A stretch of 35,708 nucleotides of DNA, from positions 1 to 35,708 of IMG/VR virus record IMGVR_UViG_3300020042_004433. One strand, 5' to 3'. The DNA is from a virus (lineage: Duplodnaviria; Caudoviricetes). The notes under the pieces are model-generated. The model saw nothing but the letters and a program-made list of their open reading frames with translations, was not told the DNA's origin and searched no databases. Position 1 is the first letter of the stretch; each line of letters opens with the position of its first letter. Shown one piece after another: positions 16,830-25,578 of the stretch. The position numbers were made by a program, and so were the translations under genes.

Positions 16830-17234
16830 TTACACATCCACATGGCAATCTAGGTTAAACACGACACGCGGCCTGTCTAATTGGTCCGCACCAAGAGGAT
16901 ACAAACCGCCAGATGAAGATACTCTCATTACAGTTACGCCGCCTACGCTTACATTTGTCATACCAGCAACTAAAGTCCTTAAAGTGTCTGCCAAGTCCCT
17001 AGCGGTAGGGTAATCATCTCTGCCAGCCCTAACGGCAATTTGTACGCTCGGGCGATCTACTTCAAAGGCGGTTGCACCAAAAGTTTCAATAGGGGCTACT
17101 CCTTGGTATTCATAAACACAAGCGCATAAGTCAGGAGTGTCGGGCATTTTCATTAAAAAAAGATTAGTTCCTAACGTCAAGGTAGCGTTATTATTGTCTA
17201 TGTAAGTTCCTACTGCCTCTAATATAGTCGCCAT
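16830..17234 (-). CDS. tail terminator (minor capsid 3-like)
   Basis: GTNLFL..MPDTPD...RPSVQIAVRA..Y; neck-module position. Confidence 0.75.
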   Translation of the reverse strand: MATILEAVGTYIDNNNATLTLGTNLFLMKMPDTPDLCACVYEYQGVAPIETFGATAFEVDRPSVQIAVRAGRDDYPTARDLADTLRTLVAGMTNVSVGGVTVMRVSSSGGLYPLGADQLDRPRVVFNLDCHVDV

Positions 17235-17237
17235 TAC

Positions 17238-17636
17238 TTACCCTAGCCCTCTAGCGACTGCGGCGCTCAGGCGGGTCGCCATCCCCTTTATTTGCCTCTT
17301 TACAGGACCTTCTAGGAACTTTGCATTAGTTCCAGGATTGTGGCGGGCTTCTAAATCTTCGTGGACATAAATACCGTAATCAGCCGCGGCCCCTCCATAA
17401 CTAATCTCAACTACTACTTGTCCCATTTCAGTAAAAGGTAAGCCTAATTGCCCTGAGTTACGCAAGTTGCCTGTATCAACAGGCACTTCGGTTTGGCTTT
17501 GAGCGAATACTGCCGCTGCTTCTCTATAAAGACTTTGCTCTAAAGCCTTAGCCGCTCTAGGCCCGCCCTTAATCAACAATTCAGTTAATTTGCGGAAGTC
17601 AATTTCGACCTCCATAGTCCTTTTAGCGCTAGCCAT
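17238..17636 (-). CDS. HK97 gp10-like tail completion/neck protein
   Basis: VPVDTGNLRNSG...YVHE...AKFLE motif. Confidence 0.85.
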   Translation of the reverse strand: MASAKRTMEVEIDFRKLTELLIKGGPRAAKALEQSLYREAAAVFAQSQTEVPVDTGNLRNSGQLGLPFTEMGQVVVEISYGGAAADYGIYVHEDLEARHNPGTNAKFLEGPVKRQIKGMATRLSAAVARGLG

Positions 17637-17991
17637 TTAACGCTCCAAAAGTAACAATGGTATGGTGAACAGTAGGAGTTCCATTAGCACTATATTTGAC
17701 TTTTTTAACACTTATTATACGAGGGTCAATAGTCGAGTCAGGCAAATCTAATCTGTCGCCTTCAGTAATATTAGCGTCCGACATTATGTAAAGTTTGCCG
17801 CCTTCTGAGACTTGGTTGCCTTGTTCATCTCTAGAAACTGACTTCTCGACTACTAAATGGCAAGAGTAAGCAGTACCGCTGGCAGATATAGTTTTCTTGC
17901 CGTAATTATTCAAACTTGAAGCGCTATAGACAGTGACAGTATGTGTCATGTCGTCTAGCCAATGAGAGGGCTGCCCTGATATGTAAGCCAT
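17629..17991 (-). CDS. head-tail stopper / head closure protein
   Basis: 120 aa, beta-rich, NNYGK motif; between adaptor and gp10-like genes. Confidence 0.7.
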   Translation of the reverse strand: MAYISGQPSHWLDDMTHTVTVYSASSLNNYGKKTISASGTAYSCHLVVEKSVSRDEQGNQVSEGGKLYIMSDANITEGDRLDLPDSTIDPRIISVKKVKYSANGTPTVHHTIVTFGALNG

Positions 17992-18003
17992 ATTCCTCCC
18001 AGT

Positions 18004-18414
18004 TTATACTGTGTAGTCGTGAAGTCCTGTACGGAATTCGGTACTAAATACTGTTTGCGTTCTGTCTTCTGTGCTAACAATAGCAGAGGCGTTAATCTTT
18101 GGAGTAGGCGGAAAGAGGTCAAGTTCTTGCGTTCTAATGCTTCTGGCAAGTTCTCGAAATTGAGTTGCAGATTCAGCATAAGACTCAGAGATAGAGAGGT
18201 CTCCAATACTTCTTGAATAGTTAGTTTTGTGTGAGTATTTCGCTGCAATAGCCTCTGCCGCATAAGCAGCAGCAGCATATACATTTCCCCAAACTGAAAT
18301 TAGGTAGTTTACTTCAGCGTCTTGTAAATGAGCATCAGTTGAGTCAGTGTCTTGAATTAAAAATCTTACTTTATCTCTATCTCCTGATGTGGGGTCTACA
18401 TAGGTAAATGCCAC
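18004..18414 (-). CDS. head-to-tail adaptor
   Basis: DKVRFLIQDTD...L.DAEV.YL...AA...IAAKY...IGDLSIS motif. Confidence 0.8.
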   Translation of the reverse strand: MAFTYVDPTSGDRDKVRFLIQDTDSTDAHLQDAEVNYLISVWGNVYAAAAYAAEAIAAKYSHKTNYSRSIGDLSISESYAESATQFRELARSIRTQELDLFPPTPKINASAIVSTEDRTQTVFSTEFRTGLHDYTV

Positions 18415-18728
18415 TACATACCACCGAGCATTAAGGAAGTAACTCTTGCGTGGTTCTCATTGACAGCAGAAGGCAATATGTCTGAGGTTAAAGCAACTGT
18501 TCCAGTTGAGTTTGGCAGAGTAATTGTATTATCTTGGGTTGGGTCTGTAACTGTAAGAGTAGTTTCAAAAGCATTTGCAGTTGCGCCTTCAAATATAACG
18601 CTTGTTGTAACTTGTGGAGTATCAAGGAAGGTATCAACATCTGTTGCTAAATTAAGAAACGCAGTATGAATTGCTGGCGCATCAGAAGCCGTTGGGTATC
18701 TAAACCCCTTAGTTGTTGTACCTGCCAT
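18414..18728 (-). CDS. fibre-like virion protein
   Basis: TTTKGFRYP N-terminus; FEGATANAFETTL..DPT.D.TITLP..TGT fibre repeat. Confidence 0.55.
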   Translation of the reverse strand: MAGTTTKGFRYPTASDAPAIHTAFLNLATDVDTFLDTPQVTTSVIFEGATANAFETTLTVTDPTQDNTITLPNSTGTVALTSDILPSAVNENHARVTSLMLGGM

Positions 18729-18751
18729 GATGAACTCCTATTGCTTAGTAA

Positions 18752-18988
18752 TTAGATAACTATTGTTGAGGCTTCTTCTGCTGTTAGTGGTTCGCCAGCA
18801 ATAAGTTTAGCCTTTGCGCTTGCTTTTAGTGCGGCAAGGGCTGTTGCTACTGCTTCTGCCTCTGCTCTGCGAGTTGCCGAGGCTGCTGCGTCTACTTCCC
18901 GTTGAGCAATTTCCTCAGCAGTTAATGGACGCACCGTAGTTTCCCCTGTAGCACAGTTTACTTCAACTGCGGTTAATGTTTCGGTCAT
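18752..18988 (-). CDS. conserved hypothetical protein (fibre-associated, chaperone-like)
   Basis: EVNC.TGE...R.LT.EE followed by an Ala-rich helix. Confidence 0.65.
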   Translation of the reverse strand: MTETLTAVEVNCATGETTVRPLTAEEIAQREVDAAASATRRAEAEAVATALAALKASAKAKLIAGEPLTAEEASTIVI

Positions 18989-19009
18989 TTGTTTCTCCTT
19001 AGTTAGTTG

Positions 19010-19495
19010 TTAGATACCGTACAAGTAAAATGTAGAATCTGCTTGGAAGGTGCTGGCTATATCTGTAATTTGAAGTGAAGTTATTGCAGTAGCACCGTCC
19101 CAACTTCCTGAAGCAATAGTTGTAAATGCTTGGTTAGCGTGGTTATATGCTGAAACAGTAAACACTACCCAACTTTGATTTAGTGCTGAGGTGTAGCCAG
19201 GAATATAATATTCAGCATTGCAAAACTGATAGGAACCAGTATTTGTTCCTCCAATATTAGTGTGTTCGCTAGCATCTTGACCAACTACTCCCGACTCACC
19301 AAAGAATCTTCTATTCTCGTAAGTAGTGGAATCGCTATTAAATCTAAGTACCATATCCGAGTATGAACCTCTATTAGATTTTGCGGATACTTTTACTAAT
19401 AAATCAGTATAGGTTTGAGGTATACTAGTAAAATCCACAGTCGCATTACTTGATGTTAGGGTTTTAGCCTCTATTAAAGTATATGTATTTGCCAT
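19010..19495 (-). CDS. beta-sandwich fibre/receptor-binding-like protein, paralogue 1
   Basis: TY.LI / SIP.TYTDL / LRFN.D / AITS / LYGI motifs shared with the next two genes. Confidence 0.6.
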   Translation of the reverse strand: MANTYTLIEAKTLTSSNATVDFTSIPQTYTDLLVKVSAKSNRGSYSDMVLRFNSDSTTYENRRFFGESGVVGQDASEHTNIGGTNTGSYQFCNAEYYIPGYTSALNQSWVVFTVSAYNHANQAFTTIASGSWDGATAITSLQITDIASTFQADSTFYLYGI

Positions 19496-19995
19496 TATGA
19501 TGCCTTTATTCCGTATAGAGCGATTGTTGAGTTATTGGACCAAGCAGATGATGAATCGTTAAAAAGAGTAACTGAAGTGATTGCTGATGTGTCTCTCCAT
19601 ACTCCTGTATGCATTCTCACAAAATCCGCCCCTGATATTGCATACCCCGTCAGAGAAATCGTTGATTTACGAATTACCGTACTAGAATAGTTCATAATGT
19701 TAATAACACCCACACTAAATTCAGTATTTTGAGAGTTTACTGGATATAGTCCTGATGTGTCTCTTTCATCTGCTAGTGATCCGCCACCAGCACTAACCCT
19801 AACGCCACTATAATTACCGTCAGTAGTATCTCCATTAAATCGTAGACGATTACCCATTAAGCCAGCAGATGCGTTTTTTACTTTGATAACCATAACCAAA
19901 TCAGTATAAGTTGCGGGTATGCCACTAAGGGTTATTACATCAGCACTACCATTTCCAGTTGCACTTGCTATAAGTTCGTATGTTGGCGTTGGCAT
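19495..19995 (-). CDS. beta-sandwich fibre/receptor-binding-like protein, paralogue 2
   Basis: Same motif set (IPATYTDL, LRFNGD, AITSVTL, LYGIK). Confidence 0.6.
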   Translation of the reverse strand: MPTPTYELIASATGNGSADVITLSGIPATYTDLVMVIKVKNASAGLMGNRLRFNGDTTDGNYSGVRVSAGGGSLADERDTSGLYPVNSQNTEFSVGVINIMNYSSTVIRKSTISLTGYAISGADFVRMHTGVWRDTSAITSVTLFNDSSSAWSNNSTIALYGIKAS

Positions 19996-20002
19996 TATTT
20001 TA

Positions 20003-20605
20003 TTACCCCTTTATTCCATATAGAGCAAAGTGTGAATTTTCCTTAAATGAACCCGTATCAGGAGTTAATGTAATACTACTTATGGCAGTAAGACTTATGT
20101 ACGAACCTTGCCGTAATAACATGTGTCCACCGCTACCATTTTGGTCAAATCCTTCAAGAGATTTCCAAACTTTATATTTACCTGTATTGGTATAATCTAT
20201 AATATCTAATATTCCTGGACCAAATACATTGCTTTGACCTGTATCTCCCATAGTATAAAATGGATAAGCATTAGTACCTGCAACACCACCCTGTAATCCA
20301 TTTTGGTCAGGAGTACCAGCACCATCACCATACACTTGAACTCCTGTATACATACTGCCAGTATCTCCATTAAACCTCATAAGTACATCAACGCTAGTAG
20401 CACTTACAGTACCTCGTATATTAGCCCTAATTTGTAAATGTTTATAGGTAGCAGGAATAGAACTAAAACTAATACTTGCACTACCACCTGAACCTACTGC
20501 AAATGTCTGAATAGAATCGAAGGCAGTAAGACTAGCCGTACCAAAAGTGCGCAACCCACCAAAACCACCAGCAGAGCCACCTGCGCGAGAAGCAATTAAC
20601 GGCAT
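20003..20605 (-). CDS. beta-sandwich fibre/receptor-binding-like protein, paralogue 3
   Basis: SIPATYKHLQIR, MRFNGD, AISSITL and LYGIKG. Confidence 0.6.
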   Translation of the reverse strand: MPLIASRAGGSAGGFGGLRTFGTASLTAFDSIQTFAVGSGGSASISFSSIPATYKHLQIRANIRGTVSATSVDVLMRFNGDTGSMYTGVQVYGDGAGTPDQNGLQGGVAGTNAYPFYTMGDTGQSNVFGPGILDIIDYTNTGKYKVWKSLEGFDQNGSGGHMLLRQGSYISLTAISSITLTPDTGSFKENSHFALYGIKG

Positions 20606-20618
20606 AATTGAATCTCCT

Positions 20619-21632
20619 TTAGGCGAACTTGGTTTGTGTTTCTAGGACGGTAAATGTAGCAGAGGCGGTCTTAATAATAGTGAAAGAGTACGCATCAATA
20701 GATGAAGCATTACCAGCAGTAATAGCAGCAGGAACTTTAGGAGTTACTGCGTTGCCATCAATAGTAATTGCGCTTGGATAGTAAGCAGTTGCTCCATTGG
20801 TATTGAGCCAAACAACAGTAAGTGAATCACCTGTGTTCATAAAAGTATTTAATGAAACGCTACTTGAGTATCTAAAGTTCAAAGTATGGTTCGCTGAAGC
20901 ATTTGAGGTGTAGTACCAAATTGAAGCAGTAGTTATATCGAAGTTAATTGTTCCAGTTGCCGCAGAAGCCACAACATTTATATCTTCATTCAAGCCTTTA
21001 ACTATATTATCTTTGAGAGTTCCTGTAGCAACATTAGATGAATTTAGACCATTATTGGTTGCGGTATTGATTGTTGGACTTGTCAAGGTCTTGTTAGTAA
21101 TCGTCTGCGTTCCTGTATCTGAAACAAGAACTGCATCAGAGTTTCCAATAGTTGTTCCTCCAGGAAGTAGCAAAGTATTGCTTGCTGCCTGAGCATGAGT
21201 TTGGCTTCTAATCTTTTGTCCGTGGCTATTTACGGCGCAATTAAGTTGAATCATTCCCTCTGTTGATGCACCACCTTGTACTTCAAGAATGTATGTGGCA
21301 GGTAGAACGGCTAGGTTGCCTGAAGCGGTAGTTGTCGTTCCACCTAATACTGGACTTGTTAAAGTCTTGTTAGTAAAAGTATCTGTGGTTGCTTTACCTA
21401 CAAGAGTATCGGTTGCAACTGGAAGTGTAAGAACTGAAGTTCCAGCCGCAGCACCTGAAACTACTGTGGTCGTTCCTGATGTAGAACCTGAAAGTCTTAC
21501 ACCAGTAGTTCCAAAGGTAGGCAGAGTATTAAATACAACTGCGCCTGTTCCTGATTCATCAGAGATAGTTGCTGCTAAATCAGCAGATACGGTAAGGACT
21601 GCGGCTGGTGCTCCATTGACGGTTATTGCCAT
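20619..21632 (-). CDS. fibre protein with TNKTLTSP repeats
   Basis: Thr/Ala/Gly-rich; two TNKTLTSP repeats; C-terminal domain ending IDAYSFTIIKTASATFTVL. Confidence 0.65.
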   Translation of the reverse strand: MAITVNGAPAAVLTVSADLAATISDESGTGAVVFNTLPTFGTTGVRLSGSTSGTTTVVSGAAAGTSVLTLPVATDTLVGKATTDTFTNKTLTSPVLGGTTTTASGNLAVLPATYILEVQGGASTEGMIQLNCAVNSHGQKIRSQTHAQAASNTLLLPGGTTIGNSDAVLVSDTGTQTITNKTLTSPTINTATNNGLNSSNVATGTLKDNIVKGLNEDINVVASAATGTINFDITTASIWYYTSNASANHTLNFRYSSSVSLNTFMNTGDSLTVVWLNTNGATAYYPSAITIDGNAVTPKVPAAITAGNASSIDAYSFTIIKTASATFTVLETQTKFA

Positions 21633-21633
21633 A

Positions 21634-21960
21634 TTATGCTATCTCGCTTCCGAATAGAGAAATAGAAAGATCAGTTGTAGAGCCTAGAATATAAACTTGG
21701 TCGGTAGCGTCTAGTGTAATTCCTAGAGTATAGGAAGTAGTTGTATTCGCTTTACTGGTTACATCATAAGCAATATAGTGTTTTTGAGCCAAGGTAGCGT
21801 TGTTTGGCTGAATAGTAATTCTGTAAGTTCTATCGGTGGCGCTGGTATTGGCTACAACGATGCTTGAAATAATAGTTTCAGTTGCCGCTGGAACTGTGTA
21901 CATACTTGCTAAAGATGTAGTAGTCGCTTGTTGAGCAAGCACCTTATACGATGTTGCCAT
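21634..21960 (-). CDS. conserved virion protein (MATSYKVL...FGSEI family)
   Basis: 108-aa beta-rich ORF within the structural block. Confidence 0.6.
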   Translation of the reverse strand: MATSYKVLAQQATTTSLASMYTVPAATETIISSIVVANTSATDRTYRITIQPNNATLAQKHYIAYDVTSKANTTTSYTLGITLDATDQVYILGSTTDLSISLFGSEIA

Positions 21961-22638
21961 TTATCCTCCTATTAACAATAACGGGTGAAAACGCCCAGAT
22001 GCTATTGTAGCAACTGTAGCAGCAGATGCGGCTGCGGAACTCGCTGAAGCGTCTGCTTCTGCAACTTCACCTGTTAAATCTGAACCTGATACTGGGTAAG
22101 AACCAGCGTTCAATAATGTGTATGTCGCAAATGCGGCATTGACCTCAGTATAAGTGGCGTAAGCAGCAGGAATATACCAGTACTCGCCAGAAAGAGGAAT
22201 TTCATTTGTTGCTTGAGTTATTAAGTTATCAAATGTAACTAAGTTAGCCTCAAACTGAGCAAAGGGAACTTCAAGAACTAAGCCTACGAAAGTTGTAGGA
22301 ATTGTTGGAACTGGTGAGATATCTGCAAGGTTTAGAGTTCCAGATGTAGCAGCAGGAAGAGTAATGGTATAAGTTCGCCCATCAGGAAATGCTTCTTCTA
22401 CTGTGTATTCAAACTCAGGAATAACATCTGAGTCATTAGTTGAGGGTAGGTTGGTAGTAAAAGAGCCATTAGAATCCAAAGTAACTGCAATGGTTGAGGG
22501 CACTATCATTTGGTCAGATAAAGAGTTTCTTAACATATCTGAAAGAGTAAACTGGACTTGTCCTGCTATAGCGTCACCTAAATAGTTCTTGAAAGTTCCT
22601 GCTAAAGCAACTTGGGTTACGGTAGCGGCAATAGCCAT
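21961..22638 (-). CDS. virion structural protein, prealbumin-like N-domain (paralogue of 22837-23376)
   Basis: Shared L.GT...G...AG.V.FT and LD.NGSF...LP.T.DSDV.P..Y.VEE.F..GRT motifs. Confidence 0.6.
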   Translation of the reverse strand: MAIAATVTQVALAGTFKNYLGDAIAGQVQFTLSDMLRNSLSDQMIVPSTIAVTLDSNGSFTTNLPSTNDSDVIPEFEYTVEEAFPDGRTYTITLPAATSGTLNLADISPVPTIPTTFVGLVLEVPFAQFEANLVTFDNLITQATNEIPLSGEYWYIPAAYATYTEVNAAFATYTLLNAGSYPVSGSDLTGEVAEADASASSAAASAATVATIASGRFHPLLLIGG

Positions 22639-22835
22639 TATGCGCCACCCAACATTAAGTTAAAATTAAATTGTTTGACTGAAGCAGCAGCAGTAGCAGC
22701 AGAAGCAACAGCAGCATTTTTATCCGCCAAGATAGCATCACTATCATCATCAATTGTTGCAAGCGAAGTTTCAAGAGTAGTCAAAAGAGTATTTGCGGTA
22801 GTGAGGCGAGCGACAGGTACATACGGGTCAGTCAT
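22638..22835 (-). CDS. small coiled-coil virion protein
   Basis: 65 aa; RLTTAN shared with 22837-23376; ends LMLGGA. Confidence 0.55.
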   Translation of the reverse strand: MTDPYVPVARLTTANTLLTTLETSLATIDDDSDAILADKNAAVASAATAAASVKQFNFNLMLGGA

Positions 22836-22836
22836 T

Positions 22837-23376
22837 TTACAATCCCATCAAAAGAAATTGATTTATGCCAGCAACTTGAGCAGATTGGGCTGCAGCAGCA
22901 GCATCAGTAGCACCGACAGCAGCAGCCTCTATATTATCTTGAATAGCAGTTACTTGGGTGACTGCAGCATTGGCGGTAGTCAAACGACCCGTAATTGCAT
23001 TGAACTGGGTAGTTGTAACAAATCCTGCGGCAACAGCAGCACTTACGGCAGGAGATAAGTCAGCGATATCTACTGCGCCACCACCTGCTGGGAGTACGAT
23101 ATTGAAAGTTCTACCACCTGAGAATACTTCTTCAACCTCGTATGAAAAGGGTTGGGGAACTACATCTGAATCATCTGTTACTGGGAGAATAACGCTAAAT
23201 GAGCCGTTCGCATCTAGGACTTCAGTAATTACATTATTTACAATAATCTGATTTTGGTCAGTATCTTTAATGATTGTTTGTGGCGTAAAGGTTACAGAGC
23301 CAGCCACAGGATTACCAACAAGGTCTACATAAGTTCCCGTTAAGGTAACTACTTCTAAATCAACTGTTAGAGCCAT
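22837..23376 (-). CDS. virion structural protein (paralogue of 21961-22638)
   Basis: Same shared motifs as its paralogue; ends FLLMGL. Confidence 0.6.
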   Translation of the reverse strand: MALTVDLEVVTLTGTYVDLVGNPVAGSVTFTPQTIIKDTDQNQIIVNNVITEVLDANGSFSVILPVTDDSDVVPQPFSYEVEEVFSGGRTFNIVLPAGGGAVDIADLSPAVSAAVAAGFVTTTQFNAITGRLTTANAAVTQVTAIQDNIEAAAVGATDAAAAAQSAQVAGINQFLLMGL

Positions 23377-23391
23377 TACTTAAGCCCCTAA

Positions 23392-23667
23392 CTATACGCC
23401 TTGTCGGAGAACTGCTACTGATTGAGTGCTTGAAGCAACAACCCCGAAAATGGCTTCGCCTTGATTTAATTCTGCACTAAATGTTGTACCTGCTGTTAAA
23501 AGAAAACCATAGGAAGCGGTAGTGACTCCTGCTCCACCAATATAAACAGTTGCCCCACCTGTTGGATTCTGAACTGAAACACTTGAACCGTCTTTACCTC
23601 CATCAAGAGAAGCGTTGAGTGCGGTAGCAGAAGTAGTAACTGAAACTATTGCGTGACTAATTGCCAT
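23392..23667 (-). CDS. small beta-sandwich virion/decoration protein
   Basis: VQNP....VYIGG..VT...G..L motif; AAGGAG SD. Confidence 0.6.
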   Translation of the reverse strand: MAISHAIVSVTTSATALNASLDGGKDGSSVSVQNPTGGATVYIGGAGVTTASYGFLLTAGTTFSAELNQGEAIFGVVASSTQSVAVLRQGV

Positions 23668-23681
23668 TTGAACTCCTTTGA

Positions 23682-23717
23682 AAAGAGTGATAATCCATTA
23701 CTGAAATATCACTCTTT
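23682..23717 (-). terminator. 11-bp stem-loop (terminator/attenuator or mRNA-stabilising hairpin)
   Basis: AAAGAGTGATA/TATCACTCTTT inverted repeat between genes, with only a short U-run. Confidence 0.45.
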
Positions 23718-23737
23718 CTAAATAATCGGGTGAATCT

Positions 23738-24136
23738 TTAGGCTATGCGGTAAATTGATACTGTTGTTGGAGCGGTCACAACTACTTGCCAACGAGATGC
23801 TTGTCCAGCAGTCGCAGCAGTTGTTGCAAGTCCTACGATTGTTACACCAGTTCCAGCAGTCAAAGTAGCAACAAAGGCTGCTAAGTTAATATAACTGTAT
23901 TTAACACTTGTTCCTACAACTGAACCTAGTTCTGCAATAAGAGCAGCAGCAGTCGGTGTGGTGATAGCCCGTGCTGTTGTAAGAGTCGCAGTGTTTATAC
24001 CACCAAGAATACCTGCTGTTGTAAGTACCATTGAGGCACCATCAGTGATATTTGTTACCGAACGAATCTGTTGCAAGTTACCAGTTACAGTGAGTCCACC
24101 AACAACCGCTTTGCCTCGCGTAATTCTATTAAACAT
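23738..24136 (-). CDS. capsid decoration-like protein
   Basis: Immediately after the major capsid gene; Thr/Ala-rich; TPTAAAL...GTGVTIVG. Confidence 0.55.
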   Translation of the reverse strand: MFNRITRGKAVVGGLTVTGNLQQIRSVTNITDGASMVLTTAGILGGINTATLTTARAITTPTAAALIAELGSVVGTSVKYSYINLAAFVATLTAGTGVTIVGLATTAATAGQASRWQVVVTAPTTVSIYRIA

Positions 24137-24192
24137 ATTTCTCCTTTTTGGAGAGGGAGAGGCTTTTTAGTTCCCCTCCCTACTCAATTTAA

Positions 24193-25170
24193 TTAAGCGA
24201 CGACTGTATCCCAGAACCAACCGAGATCGGAAGCAATAACTTTATTATCAAAAGCCATTTCTCCTTCAATGCGGTCTGCCTTGAGAGATTCCATACGGAA
24301 TGAACTTACGCCAACTGTTGAACCGATACCGCCTGATACACCTGTCCATGAGAAAGAGTATCCAGCAGAAGGGGTTAACAAGCCTGGAGTTGGAGCAACA
24401 TAAGCAAGAAGGGCTTTCTTTCCAGAGGTAAATGAATACGCCTGTGAAGCACCTTCGTTGTTTGTAGCCTTTACAGCCTTTGAGATGATAACCCGAGGAA
24501 TATCAAACATTGCTGCCAACATATCAGCAGTAACAGTTTGTGCAGATGTATATTTAATACGATCTACGATATCAGGGTGATTCTTTAGTGCACGGAATAC
24601 ATCGTATCCCAATACTAAAGTGTTTGGCTCCATACCAGTTGTTGAAAGAATACCTGCCTTAGCGTCTTCGATATCATCAATTGGGTCTGAAGAAGCATAG
24701 TCTGACCATTGCTTTACTTCATTTGTTGTAGGAGAACCTGAAACACCATCGTAATCATTAGCCCATACAGAACCAGCAAAGAAGTCTGTGTTCCATTGGA
24801 TTTCTTTACGAAGCATTAAACGACGAGTTACAAACTCTGTCGCTTCGCGAAGTGGGTTGATAGGTGCATCTGAGTTAGCAAGAGTCTGGTCATCTACGTC
24901 CTTATGGAACGCAAATACGTCTGCGCTATAAGAACCAGTTGAAAGACCATAACCTCCACCAGCAGATTCAGTTCCACCAGCGCGGCGTTGAGCCTCATCG
25001 CGGAACCAATCGTTCTTGGTATAGGTAAAGAATTTGTCAGACTTCTTGTCCACAGGAATTACTGGGAACACCTTGTCTGCAATAAAGTTGTCTTGATTTT
25101 GTAGATAGGCGATTGAGATGTTAGTCAGAATCGCGTCTACGTGTACTGAGTTAATACTTGGCTGTGGCAT
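24193..25170 (-). CDS. major capsid protein (HK97 fold, lambda gpE-like family)
   Basis: HVDAILTNISIAY.....IADKVFP.IPV, WSDY.SSDPI.DI and PNTLVLG...LKNHP; 325 aa; follows the cement gene. Confidence 0.9.
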   Translation of the reverse strand: MPQPSINSVHVDAILTNISIAYLQNQDNFIADKVFPVIPVDKKSDKFFTYTKNDWFRDEAQRRAGGTESAGGGYGLSTGSYSADVFAFHKDVDDQTLANSDAPINPLREATEFVTRRLMLRKEIQWNTDFFAGSVWANDYDGVSGSPTTNEVKQWSDYASSDPIDDIEDAKAGILSTTGMEPNTLVLGYDVFRALKNHPDIVDRIKYTSAQTVTADMLAAMFDIPRVIISKAVKATNNEGASQAYSFTSGKKALLAYVAPTPGLLTPSAGYSFSWTGVSGGIGSTVGVSSFRMESLKADRIEGEMAFDNKVIASDLGWFWDTVVA

Positions 25171-25184
25171 GGTTTATTCGCTCC

Positions 25185-25577
25185 TTATGCTGCTCTGCCA
25201 GCGTTGGCGCAAGCGACAACGACGGTTACGATTTCGCCTGACGCTCCACCAGTAACGGCTTGAGCGACGGCAAACTTTGTTGTATCTGTTCCATGAACAA
25301 TTGCAACTCCCGCACCTGCTGATGTTGTACCAACAACTGCTGCTGCGGCAACTGTGCCACCTAGAACTAACTTGCTACCACCTTGAACAAGAACTTCTGC
25401 TTCTTGTCCTGAAGTTGGTGCGTTTTGTAGAATACCAATCGGTAAATCTGTGGCTGCTGCTACCGCTGCTGCCTGACCGCTTGAGTTCAACTTGACGAAT
25501 GTGTACTGCAAAGCAGATAAATCAGCGGCTGCAACGAGCGTGATTTTTACACTATAATTACTAATTTCATATGCCAT
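25185..25577 (-). CDS. capsid cement/decoration protein (DUF2190-like)
   Basis: AAADLS..QY.FVK...IGILQNAP..G..AEV...G.SK; start MAYEIS at 25577. Confidence 0.8.
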   Translation of the reverse strand: MAYEISNYSVKITLVAAADLSALQYTFVKLNSSGQAAAVAAATDLPIGILQNAPTSGQEAEVLVQGGSKLVLGGTVAAAAVVGTTSAGAGVAIVHGTDTTKFAVAQAVTGGASGEIVTVVVACANAGRAA

Positions 25578-25578
25578 T

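Noticed and set aside
17955-18284. 109-aa minus-strand ORF overlapping the adaptor gene
   Set aside because: It is an alternative frame within a recognisable head-tail adaptor gene and has no RBS or motif.
19010-20605. Three paralogous receptor-like genes as possible DGR template/variable repeats
   Set aside because: Similarity is at protein-motif level only; no near-identical DNA repeat with A-specific mismatches and no reverse transcriptase is seen in the window.
24150-24186. Hairpin after the major capsid gene as an intrinsic terminator
   Set aside because: On the coding strand it is followed by AAAAAGGAG rather than a U-tract, so a stabilising or processing hairpin is more likely.
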